NCBI RefSeq assembly: GCF_963921235.1
Contig: NC_086097.1
Span: 129,086,001 to 129,150,000 of the forward strand
Direction: 5' to 3'
DNA: 64,000 nucleotides
Source: Mobula hypostoma
Lineage: Eukaryota
Positions 26,297-38,163 of the stretch are shown here, one piece after another. A program made the translations under genes and the position numbers. Under the pieces are notes generated by a model. It searched no databases. It saw only the letters and a list, made by a program, of their open reading frames with translations, and was not told the origin of the DNA. Each line of letters opens with the position of its first letter. The stretch's first letter is position 1.

Positions 26297-29200
26297 CCAA
26301 ACAAGAGATAATGCGCAGATGCTGGAAATCCAAGTAACACACACAAAATGCTGGAGAAACTCAAGAGGCCAGGCAGCATCTATGGAAAAAAGCACGGTCG
26401 ACATTTCAGGCCAAGACCCTTCAGCAGGACTGGAGAAAATAAACTAAGGAGTAGATTTAAAAGGTGAGGGGAGGGGAGAGTGAAACACAAGGTGGTAAGT
26501 GAAACTGAATGGGGCCCTCCCCTCCACTTTCTGCTTTCCACAGGGAGAGCTCCCTATATAACTCTGATACGTGTCCACAGTTTCGTTTTACTAGGAGTCC
26601 ACAGTTTCGTTTCTGTGAGCGTTACCTTATGACCTATACAGACGGTATAAAAAAAATGTGGCCATAGTGCTGAGAAGGAGTCGAAGGAAAGAGAGAGAGA
26701 GTGAAGTCTGAAGACTGAGATATCCGGGAACAGCTCACGATCGAGAAGGGTAAAGTCTAATGGTATCCATACCCAAAGGATTGGGTTAATCAGCAGCACA
26801 CCCTGCATTCTGGAGACGTGTCTGTCCTTCGTATGAATCATGGGTGTGGATTTCATGAGTCACTTTGTTCGGGGTACTGGGTGTGACATTGTTTCAGTAC
26901 CTCTGCACTAGGTAATTTTGAAGTCAGAGTTAGATTCAGGACTTGTTAAAATAGGCCTACGACCCAGTTTACCGATGGAAGGTGTTTCTTTGTTGTTAGG
27001 GAACGACCTTGCAGGTGGTAAAGTGTAGCTGACAACTAAGCCAATCAATAATGATTCAAAGATAGACCCTATCATTTATCCCTCTTGTGCAGTAACCCAA
27101 GCTAGGACCAAGAAACTTGCCAATGCAGATGGTCCTGTGCAGCATGATTCCGCTACTCATGATAGCCCAAATAGGGAATCAGGTTTTGATGACTTGTCAG
27201 GGACTTTTCTGCCAGGATCCAGGTATTAAATCTGATAATAAAGATCTATCTCTATCTAGGAAGGAGTTTAGATAAGAACAGAGCAGAGACCCTGAGATTG
27301 AAGCTTTAAGAGAAAAAGCTCTCTCAGGTGAGGATACTGATAAAGTGCCAGTAGGGTATTATTTCAAAGATGGAGTTTTAATGAGGAAGTGGAGTCCGCT
27401 TGATGTTCCTGCAAGTGAGCAATGGGCAATTGTTCACCAGGTTGTAGTTCCTAAAGCCTATAGGAATGAGATTTTAACTTTGGCCCATAGTAAACCCTTG
27501 GGTGGCCATCTAGGTGTGAATAAAACTGTGAACAAAGTTTTTAAACAATTCTTCTGGTCTAGTTTGAGGAAAGATATTGCAACATTTTGCAGGACTTGTC
27601 ACACTTGTAAGGTTGTGGGTAAACCTAATCTGGTCACCCCAGTGGCCCCACTGCAGCCTATTCCTCCATTTGGTAAACACTTTTCTAAAGTTATTGTGGA
27701 TTGTGTTGGCCCATTGCCAAAGACTAAAGCTGGTCGTCAGTATTTGCTAACTATCTTGTGTACAGCATCTAGATTTCTAGAAGCAATACCTCTCAGAAAT
27801 ATAAAAGCCAAAACTGTATCGAAGGCTCTCGTAAAGTTTTTATTACTTTATTTGATTTGCCTAAAGAAATTCAGTCTGATCAAGGGAGTAATTTTATGTC
27901 AGGATTATTCCAGCAGGTAGCTTACAAGCTGGGAGCCAAACAGATTACGTTGTCTGTGTATCATCCAAAATCCCAAGGGGCCTTAGAGAGATTCTATTCT
28001 ACCCTCAAAACCATGGTTAGGACATTCTGTATTGAAAACGAGAAGGATTGGATGAGGGAGTTCATTTGCTTCAATTTGCGGCAATGAAGTCAGTACAAGA
28101 GTCCCTAGGCTTTAGTCCCTTTGAACTTGTGTTTGGTCACCAGGTCAGAGGATCTTTGGCATTGTTAAAGGAACAGTGGGTTAATAATGACCTGCATGTT
28201 AAATTGCTAGATAATGTTTTGAAGTTCAAGGACAAATTGCAAAGGGCTTGCAACCTAGCAAAGAAAATTTAAAATCAGCCCAAGAAAGAATGAAAAGTTG
28301 GTATGATAAACAAGCCAGAATGAGGTCATTCAAGCCAGCAGATAAAGTGCTTGTTTGTTTCCTGTACAAACAAACCCTCTACAAGCTAAGTTTCTTACAA
28401 AGATTGATCTGTTAAAAGGATATTGGTGTGTTCCATTAACAGATAGAGGTAGAGGAATTTCTGCCTTTGTGATGCCTTCTGGGTTGTATGAGTACAATGT
28501 CCTGCCATTTGGAATGAAAAATGCTCCGGGAACATTCCAAAGAATGATTAATTCTGTAATTCAAGGGTTAAAACAAACAGATGCCTATATTGATGATTTA
28601 GTCACGGGGAATAACACCTGGGAAGCCCATATCTCTTCAGTGGAAAAGCTGTTTGAAAGGCTCTCAAAAGCCAACCTTACAATTAACCTAGCTAGGAGTG
28701 AATTTGGCCATGCCACTGTGACCTATCTTGGTTATGCTGTAGGTCAAGGCAGGTTGGCTCCTGTTCAGGCAAAAGTTCAGGCTATTTCCAAGATTCACAT
28801 TCCAGCCGGGAAAATGGCTCTTAAAAGATTTCCAGGAATGATCGGATATTATTGCAAGTTCTATAAGAACTTAGCTGATATTGTTCTCTCATTGACTAAC
28901 CTCCTGAAGAAGGGTGAAAAGTTTGTTTAGACAGAACCTTGTCAGGAGGCATTTGATAAATTGAAAGCTATCTTATGTCACCAACCTGTGCTCAGGTCAC
29001 CTGATTTTGCCAAACCGTAGCTGTGGATGCTGGTGATAAAGCTGCAGGAGCAGTGTTACTACAAAGGGATGATTATGATGATGTTGACCATCCTGTGGCT
29101 TACTTTTCAAAGAAATTCAATGAGCATCAAAGAAATTATTCCACCATAGAGAAGAAATTATTTTCATTTATTCTAACTTTGTTGCATTTTGATGTGTATG

Positions 29201-31105
29201 TTTGCACAGCTCAGAAACCACTTGTGGTTTATACAGGTCATAATCCACTGGTGTTCTTGAGTAAGCTGAAAAACAAAAATAGAAGGTTGCTGAATTGGAG
29301 TTTGATTTTGCAAGAATATGATCTCATGATAACTCACATTAAAGGCAAAGATAATGTAATTGCCGATTATCTTTCCAGATGTTAAACTTGCAATGTAATT
29401 TTAATAATGGAGTGAAATTTAATATTTGTATATGCTCCTGAAATATGTTGTATTAGTTTGTAGTGTGCTGTATGATAACCGTATATGTATTGTCCACATA
29501 TTGTAGATTGTATTTAAAATTTTGCTCTTACGTGTCCGTAGTTTCGTTTTACTGGGAGTCCACAGTTTCATTTCTGTGAGCGTTAGCTTATGACATATGC
29601 AGACAGTATAAAAGAAACGTGGGCATAGTGCTGAGAAGGAGTCGAAAGAAAGAAAGAGAGAGAGTGAAGATTGTAGACTTAGAGCTATCTGGGAGCAGCT
29701 CACGATCGAGAAGGGTAAAGTTTAAAGCTTACCCAGACCCAAAGGATTGGGTTAATCAGTGGCACACTGTGCATTCTGGAGACGTGTCTGTCTTTCATAT
29801 GATCCATGGGTGTGGATTTCATGACAGTCACTTTGTGAAATCGCTCTTCGTAGACTTCTGAACAGTATTCCTCAGCTGGGATCTTCGGCAACTGTTTCTT
29901 CGTTCACTAGCCAAGGAATCTTTGGAATTCGTCATGATTGCCTCGTCGCTGCACTGTGAATCCACAAGTCTCTCCTCTCACCCATTTCGTGAATTACTGA
30001 GACTCTCTGAACTGCCACTTTAAGACTGTGCTTGAGTAAGATTTGTTAAGAACGGGTTCTACGTTTGACTGTAAGGGAGCTGTAGACTCATAACACTGTT
30101 AACTGTTTAAGAAAGTAGTTTATTTAGTTTTCTATATTTTTGAGTAGATGTAAATAAATACAGTGGTTTGAATATTAAAACCCAACTCAATTTTTCACCT
30201 CTTGCTGCTGGTACCTTACAAAATCGTAACAACTTCCTTGTCCATTCGACCCTCCCCACTGACCTCTCTTCTGGCACATCCTTGCAAGTGGAACAAGTGC
30301 TACACCTGCCCCTACACCTCCTCCCTCACTACCATTCAGGGCCTCAAACAGTCCTTCCAGGTGAGGCAACACTTCACCTGTGAGTCTGTTGCGGTCATAT
30401 ACTGTGTCTGGTGTTCCCCCTGTGGCCTCATGTGTATCGGTGAGACCTGATGTAGATTGGGAGACCATTTTGCAAGCACCTATGCTCCAACCACCAGAAA
30501 AAAGCAGGATCTCTCAGTGGCCAGCCATTTTAATTCCACTCCTCATTCCCATTCCTCTATCTCTATCCATGGCCTCCTCCACTGCTGTGATGAGGCCACA
30601 CTTAGAATGGAGGAATAATACCTAGGTAGCCTCCAACCTGATGGCATGGAACATCAATTTCCTGAACTTCCTGTAATGCCCCCCTCCTTCACCATTTCCC
30701 ATCCCCTTTTCCGTCTCTCATCTTACATCCTTGCTTATTTATTGCCTCCTTCTGGTGCTCCTCCCCCCTTTTCTTTCTTCCATGGTCTTCTGTCCTCTTC
30801 TATTTCCTGTCCTATTTTCTATGTTTCTATGTTTCGATGTTTCTATGTTTCTATCAGACTCCCCCTTCTCCAGGCCTGTATCTCTTTCACCAATCAACTA
30901 TCCAGCTCTTTACTTCATCCCTCCCCCTTCAGGTTTCATCTATCATCTTGTGTTTCTCTCCCCCCTCTTCCCACCTTTTAAATCTACTTCTCAGCTTTTT
31001 CTCCCCCAGTCCTGCTGAAGGATCTCGGTCTGATATGTTGACTGTACTTTTTTCCATAGAAGCTGCCTGGTCTGCTGAGTTCCTCCAGCAGTTTGTATGT
31101 GTTGC
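26297..31105 (+). mobile_element. Penelope-like insertion: inverted terminal-repeat copy (about 26300-26510, -) followed by a 5'-truncated body (26513-26564 and 30232-31105, +) with GIY-YIG region
   Basis: HPCKWNKCYTCPY...FTCESVAVIYCVWCSPCGLMCIGET. The 26300-26510 segment is the reverse complement of about 30920-31105. Confidence 0.85.
26565..30231 (+). mobile_element. Gmr1-like Ty3/Gypsy LTR retrotransposon (IN-RT-RNaseH order), internally deleted
   Basis: Truncated 5' LTR 26565-~26868 and 3' LTR ~29527-30231, termini tgatacg...cgtaaca, TSD actc/actt. Integrase motifs H..H..CRTCHTC, VDCVGP, SDQGSNF and GALERF (27345-28270). RT motifs KIDLLKGYW, PFGMKNAP and YIDD (28390-28930). RNase H motifs HPVAYFSKK and NYSTIEK (29023-29385). 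Confidence 0.95.
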
Positions 31106-31384
31106 TCCACTACTTTTTGTTAGCTTTTCTAGGGCATTGATGTTTCTATACCAGTCTGTGATGCAACCAGTCAATATTCCCTCCACCACACATCTACGGT
31201 ATTGCCTATCCAAATTAACTGCTGTCTGCAAGTGAGAAAATCGAGGATCCAATTGCTCAAAGGTGTATTGAGGCCAAGATCTTGAAGCTTATTGATTAGT
31301 CTTGAGCAGATGATAGTCTTGACTGCCGAGAGCACCTTGATGTATACACCATTGCTGTCAAGATTACCATGGCATAGACCAGAA

Positions 31385-33825
31385 GACCATAACATAAGAT
31401 ATAGGAGGAGAATTAGGCCACTGGCCCATTGAGTCTGTTCTGCTATTTCATTATGGCTGATCTATTTGTCCTGTCAGCTCCAAACTCCTGCCTTCTCCCC
31501 ATATCCCTTCATGCCCTGACCAATCTCAAGAATCTATCAACCTCTGCCTTAAATATACAAACGTTTGTACATAAAGACTTGGCCTCCACAGCAGCCGGTG
31601 GCAAAGAATTCCACAGATTCATCACACTCTGGCTAAAGAAATTCCTCCTCATCACCATTCTAAAAGGACACCCCTCTACTCTGAGGCTGTGACCTCTGGT
31701 TTTAGACAACCCCACCATAGGAAACATCCTCTCCACAACCACTCAATCAAGGCCTTTCACCATTTGATACATTTCAATTAGATCACCCCTCATTCTTCTG
31801 AATTCCAAGTGAATACGGGCAAAGAGCCATCAAGTGCTCTTCATATGTCAAGCCATTCAATCTGGAATCATTTTCATGAACTTCCTTTTAACCTTCTCCA
31901 GTTTCAGCATATTCATTCCAAGATAAGAGGCCAAAATCTGAACACAATAATCCAAGTGAGGCCTCACCAGTAAAGTTACAACATTACATCCTAGCTTATA
32001 TATTCTAGTTTTTTGAAATGATTGCTAACATTGCATTTGCCTTCCTCACCACAGCCTCAACCTGCGAATTAACCCTAAAGGAATCCTGAACAAGGACCGT
32101 AAATCCCTTTGCACCTCATATTGTCGTATTTTCTCTCCATTTATAAAATAGTCAACCCTTTTATTTCTTCTAACAAAGTGCATGAGCATACACTACCCTA
32201 CATTATATCCATCTACTACTCCTTTACCCATTCTCCTAATCTGCCTAAGTCCTTCTATAGCCTCTCTACTTCCTTAAAACTAAATGCCCCTCTAGCTATC
32301 CTCATATTGTGGGCAAACTTTGCAACAAAGCCATCAATTCCATCTTCCAAATCATTGACATGTAACACAAGAATCAATCCCAACACAGACTACTGTGGAA
32401 CACCACTAGTCACCAGCAGCGAGTCATAAAAGGCTCCTTTTATTCCCACTCTTTGCCTCCTTCCAATCAGCCACTGCTTTATCCATGCTAGAATCTTTGC
32501 TGTAATACCATGGGCCCATAGCTTGTTTATCAGCTCTATGTATGGCACCTTGTCAAAGGCCTTCTGAAAATCCAACCACACAACATCAATTGATTCTCTT
32601 TTCCCTATCCTGCTTGTTTTTCCTTCAAAGCCTTCCAACAGATTTGTCAGGCAAGATTTTCTCTTGAGGAAACCATGCTGACTACAGTCTATTTTATCAT
32701 GTGCCTCCAAGTACTCTGAGACCTCATCGTTAACAACCAACTCCAACATCTTCCCAACCACTGAGGTCAGACTAACTGGCCTATAATTTCCTTTCTTCTG
32801 CCTCTCTCCATTTTTGTAGATTGGAGTGGTATTTGCAATTTTCCAGTCCTACGGAACCATTCCAGAATCTAGAGATTCTTGTTAGATCTAATGCCTCCAA
32901 AATCTCTTAAGACACCTCTTTCAGAACCCTGGGGTGCATCCCATCTGATCCTAATGACTTATCTACCTTCAGGCCTTTCAGTTTCCCAAGAACCTTCTCC
33001 CTAATAATAGTAACTTCACACAGTTCATGATACCCGCCACCTGGAACTTTCACCATACTACTAGTGTCTTTCACTGAAGACTGATGAAAGATACTTATTC
33101 AGTTCATCCACCATTTCCTTGTCCTCCCTTGCTACCTCACCAGCATTGTTTTCCAGTGGTCTGATATCTACTCTTGCATCTCTTTTACACTCAGTATCTG
33201 AAGAAACTTTTGGTATCCTCTTTAATATTATTGCCTAGCTTACTTTTGTATTCAATCTTTACCTTCTTAATGACTATTTTCTCTGTTGGTTTTTAAAAGC
33301 TTCCCAACCCCCTGACTTCCTTCTAATTTTTGCTCTATTATATCCCCTCTTTTTGGCTTTTTATATTGGCTTTGACTTCTCTTGTTAACCATGATAGCCT
33401 TTAGAATCCTTCTTCCTCTTTGGGATGTACATATCCTGTGCCTTCCAAATTGCTTCCAGAAATTCCAGCCACTACTGCTCTGTCGTCATCCCTGCCAGTC
33501 TTCTTTACTGAAGAATTCTGGCCAACACCTCTGTCATGCCTCTGTAATTCCTTTTACTCCACTGTAATATGATACATCTGACTTTAACTTCTCCTTCTCA
33601 AATTGCAAGGTGAATTTGATCGTATCATGATCACTTTACCTAAGGATTTTTTTACCTTAGGCTCTCTAATCAATTCCAGTTCATTGCACATCACCCAATC
33701 CAGAACAGCTGATCCTCTAGTGAGCTCAACCACGAGCTACTCTTAAAAAAAAATCTCATAGCCATTCTAGAGACTTCCCCTCCTGGAATCCAACATCAAC
33801 CTGATTTTCCTAATCTACCTGCAGG
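31385..33825 (-). mobile_element. CR1 LINE, decayed ORF2
   Basis: QHGFLKRKSCLTNLL, DVVWLDFQKAFDKVP, VTSGVPQ and RRNFFSQSVMNLWNSLP. Confidence 0.93.
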
Positions 33826-34649
33826 AGAAATTTTTTTTAGAAGATCCTGTATCTTATAGTTTTTTAATGTTTTTTTAAAAATTATCATCAATTTGGACAC
33901 ACTCTCATAAAGGTTTGCCACCCCACTATAACACCCTCAAGTCACAGCAATATCTTTGTAAATCTTTTCTGCACTCTTTCCAGTTTAATAGCATCTTGCT
34001 TATAAATTTATTTATTTTCCACTGAAGAAACATTAGCTATCCTTGGCATGGTACTATCTGATGGTCCTGTTCTAATATCACGAATATTCCAATCAAAGAG
34101 TTAAAAGCATGATTCTGTTTCTCTCCACAGGTCCTGCCTGTGGAGACATCTAGCATCCTCCAGATTTGTTATGGTTTTACAGCTGTTGCCTCATATAATC
34201 TTCCATTTACAATCAAACTCGAATGATGTGAAGATCTCAATGGTTCAGCACCTGACTCACCAGGGATGTATTTGCTGAACTGCTGTCCATTCACAAAGAC
34301 CCCAGTTCATGCACTGTTTCCCCACTCACTGGCACCCTAGATTCCACACACAATTTCCACCCAACAAAGCCCTGGTTCTTGAGTTCCCTTTAAACTCAAC
34401 TGGTTCAGCAGAAAACTTATTATACTATGTAACACCCAATAAAAGTCAATTGGTTAATTAAGCTCATTAAGGTGTTGTAGTTTTGATGTACATAAGTATA
34501 TTGGGAAGAATGGGGAATTAATTAAATCAATTATGCTGGGGTATTAAGAGAAATAACATTCAATATTCTTGAAAACCTGCTAGTCTGGCACAATCAATGT
34601 CCCAAATATTCCAGATAATTGGAATTTGACTGGTGTACAGACCCACTGA

Positions 34650-35912
34650 CATGGCAATATCTTCAAATTCATCCACCTTCTTCATGACAATATGACTGGC
34701 CAAGTCCTCTCCAATGGTGATACTTCAGAAAAATTCAGTATTTCAAACGGAGTGAATCAAGGGTGTGTGCTGTTCAACCTGTTCTTCACATATGTGCTGA
34801 ACCATGCAATCGAAGACCTCGAACGTGGTGTCTACCTGGAGTACAGACTTAATGGATCACGCTTCAATCTGCGTTATCTGAGCGACGGAACGAAGATCGT
34901 CAAGAAACTCATCCTCTATGCCGACAACTGTGCTCTGATGGCTCATGCTGAGTCCGACCTTCAGCTAATTGTCAACAAATCTGCCAGAGCCTCGTGTCTC
35001 TTTGGTCTAACCATCAGCCTAAACAAGACAGAAGTCCTATTTCAACCTGGTCCTGGATCAGCTGCTACCATCCCCTCTATCACTATCAAGGAACAAGACT
35101 GAGAACAGTGGAAGAATTCAAGTACCTCGGCAGTGCTATTTGTAGTGATGGCTCGCTAGACAGAGAAGTCAGCGCCAGGATTTGCAAGGCCATCTAGAGC
35201 CTTGGTCAACTGTGATCACATGTTTTGAACCAGCACAACATCCGTCTGTCCACAAAACTAAAGGTGTACGAAGCTGTTATCCTCAGCTGTCTCCTGTATG
35301 GATGTGAAACCTAGACGCATACAGAAGACAGCTCAAAATGTTAGAGGGATTCCATATGCGTCGTCCGAGGTCAATCCTTGTTATCCGTTGGCAGGACTGA
35401 GTCACAAACCTAGAGGTCCTCAACAGCGCGAGGACCACGAGTGTTGAGGGTATGATTGTAAAAGCACAGCTTCGGTGGACGGGGCATGTCACATACGTGC
35501 AGGAATCCTGAATCCCCAAGCAGCTACCATTTGGTGAGCTTTTGCTGGGCTAGAGGTATCAAGGCAGGCCTTGTAAGTGTTCAAGGACTGCGTGAATGCT
35601 AACACTGCAAATGCCTGTACCGAAATGGCTGGCACAGAGTGCGCAAGACTGGAGTGGCTGGCGAGCCTTGGTTAGAACCACTCACAACAAACTGGAGGAG
35701 AGACGCTGAGCAGTACTAATTGCTGCTTGACAAAGGAGGAAGGCAATAGCAGTGCCTCTACTTCCAGATCCAGCAGAGTTCTCATGTCCTCATTGTGGAC
35801 ATCTATGTCGCTCACAACTTGGTCTAAGCAGCCATCTACGGACACCCAACAGAACTGCACAAATCTAACTATCATCATTGGATACGACTGACAACCAGCC
35901 AATCAATCAACC
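34650..35912 (+). mobile_element. RTE-clade LINE (5'-truncated) with C-terminal C2H2 finger and (CAAT/CAAC)n tail
   Basis: NGVNQGCVL, YRLNGSRFNLR, LYADNCAL and FKYLGSAICSDG. CPHCGHLCRSQLGLSSHLRTH lies near 35785-35850. Confidence 0.9.
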
Positions 35913-36068
35913 ACCTTCAAATTTACAGAGCCGAGATGGTAATTAGAGAATGTAACTGAAAATCTGGTCAAAGAGTAGAGGTTCAAGGTGCATCTTAAAT
36001 GAGAAGAGAGGAGTTAAGTGTGGGGAGGGTAGTCCAGAGTTTAAGGTCTTGCCAGCCGAAGGTGCTGC

Positions 36069-36283
36069 TGTAGGGTAACGTAATTGGGAGAAATGGACAT
36101 AATTCACAACTACCGACACTGAGTTGGATTTTCGTTTTAATAGGCTGGTCTGACGTGATAATGTTATTACGTAAAATGTTTTTAGCGCGCTTTTGTTGTA
36201 TAGGTTTTGGAGTTCAATAAAATGTTTTATGGATTTTGTTACCCCTAAAACACCTCACTTCGTTTTATTTGCGGAAACCTACA
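36069..36283 (+). mobile_element. Short solo LTR (215 bp)
   Basis: tgtagg...cctaca inverted termini, internal aataaa, 4-bp TSD ctgc/ccgc. Confidence 0.7.
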
Positions 36284-36469
36284 CCGCCAAGTACAGAGCA
36301 CTTGAATTCCAGGATGGCCAAGAAGCTGGAATTAGTGGAGCACAGAAGTCATGGAGATAGCAAGGATAAGAACAAAATCATGGAGTGACAGCGCTTTCCT
36401 GAAAGTACAATTATTGTGCAAGTAAGTTTATTTGGATGCTGTCAATTGTTGCAATTGAAACAATCCAAA

Positions 36470-36780
36470 TCAAATAATCCAGAGATGGATGTTTAAATCT
36501 CCCCAACAAATCTATGCTACTTAACAAAGTTAAACTAAAGTTAGCATTAGTAATGACAATCATGATTCAATGAATTGCTCTTAAAACCCATCTGGTTAAC
36601 TACTGTCTATGCATAGAAGAAGGAAACTGACCTTCATCTACACAATTCCAGACCACAACAATGTGGCGGCTTTTTCAGTGCTCATTGAAATGACCTGGCC
36701 AGTCACTCAGTTCACGAGCAATCAAGGATGAGCAATAAATGCTGGCCTTCTCAGTTATGTTGACACTCCAGAAATAAAAA
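36470..36780 (+). repeat. Ancient elasmobranch tRNA-SINE
   Basis: taatccagag head, aaacccatctggttaacta body and agcaataaatgctggcctt tail. A fragment of the same family lies at about 1960-2000. Confidence 0.55.
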
Positions 36781-38163
36781 GACAGCCACTCTGTTTCAAA
36801 TCACCTGCAGTTCACAAGCATCACCAATATAGGAGCTCAGCACTTATCAATGCAGTTGGAAGCTGCCATTCCTCGGTAACTTGTAGAGAAAACGAATAAA
36901 ATTACGTTTGTTCATTTTATCAGACCCAGGAATACCATCACACTCAGATGTCGAAGGATCCTTCATTGCTGTTTGCGTAACAAGTTTTGTTTTACCAGTC
37001 AGTGTTGTTTAGCCCTGAGATGAACCCCCAACCCTGGAAGACCAGTGGACCACTCTTAGTACAGCCTCTACACTCTGACCTGTTTGGCACAGGTGACCCT
37101 ACCAAGAGCCAAAGCATAAAGTCCTCAAAGCACAGAAGCCTCCAAATTCTGTGACAGCATTTTGGTCCTCTTAGAGGCATTCACAAGTAGACAGTGAGAA
37201 GGTCAAGAGCAGGCACTTAGAAACTCATCCCCTGCTACACAAGCATGTCAGGGTATTACCTGCTGACTCAAAAACCATTCCCCTGAACTGGATTTCTGAG
37301 GCAGATTTTGAAATGGTGTTATAAAAACAGAGTGCATTTAATGTTACTGACTGGGGTTCAATTTATTCCCCTGTAACTCCATAAAAACAATGTGATTTTA
37401 CAGAGCTTTATTGGTCTAGTCAAATCTTCTTCAGCTGTGTTCACCTCACTGCACTGGGCTGCTCTACCCATCAGTCTGACGGGACTCAGGCAGGCTCATA
37501 CACTGAGGTTAAGGAGTGTGCAGTTCCAACTGCTCAACTGCCAAAATAATCAATCCAAGTTGAGTGCTAATAGAAACATGAGCAGGTACAACTCCATGGG
37601 AGGCCAGGCAGACTGAATTCCTTCAAACAAACAACTCATCTTACTTAGCGGAACATAATTACAAAACAGAGCCCAAATTTCCTATTCTACTAATCAATGA
37701 GAGCATGTACTTTCATGATTCATTATGAAGGAAGCCACTTGACCCTTCATGTCCATGCCAGTTCTCAGAATATCTGCATCAGTCAGATCCCCCTGCTTAG
37801 TTCCCAATAACATTCTTTCAGCTACCCTAATTCTCCTGAAACCTACCTATTCTACATGTAAAATGCAGCAGCTACTTATCCTCCCAACATGTCCTCTGGA
37901 TGTGAAAGGAAATCAAAGCACACGGATAAAACACAGTCACGGGGAAAACTTGAAAACTCTACACAAAAAGTACCTGAGGTCAGGGTCAAACCCAGGTTGC
38001 AGGAGACTTGCAGAAGCAGCTACCTCAAACACCTTTTCTCACTAACACATACCTTCTGATCCCCTTAAATGTCCAAAAACCTATGAATCTCTGTCTTGAA
38101 CGTGCAAGATACCATTAACAAAGGACACGTTTCCACCAAAGTAAACACTTTAACATTGCTTAC

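Larger units (their letters stand above)
25735..31370 (-). mobile_element. Rex1-type LINE (25735-26296 and 31106-31370) split by a PLE+Gypsy compound insertion
   Basis: IIKDLHHPGYALFLMLPSRRRYRSLRT on the left and YRRCVVEGILTGCITDWY on the right. (TTTGAAC) tail at about 25735. 13-bp duplication tccactacttttt at 26284-26296 and 31106-31118. Confidence 0.85.

Noticed and set aside
26570..26615. Short direct repeats gtccacagtttcgttt (also at 29533-29575), superficially array-like
   Set aside because: Only two units, internal to the LTR U3 region; not a CRISPR array, and the context is eukaryotic.
34255..34330. Minus-strand donor-like site ctg|gtgagt with a short open frame
   Set aside because: No family resemblance and no clear acceptor.
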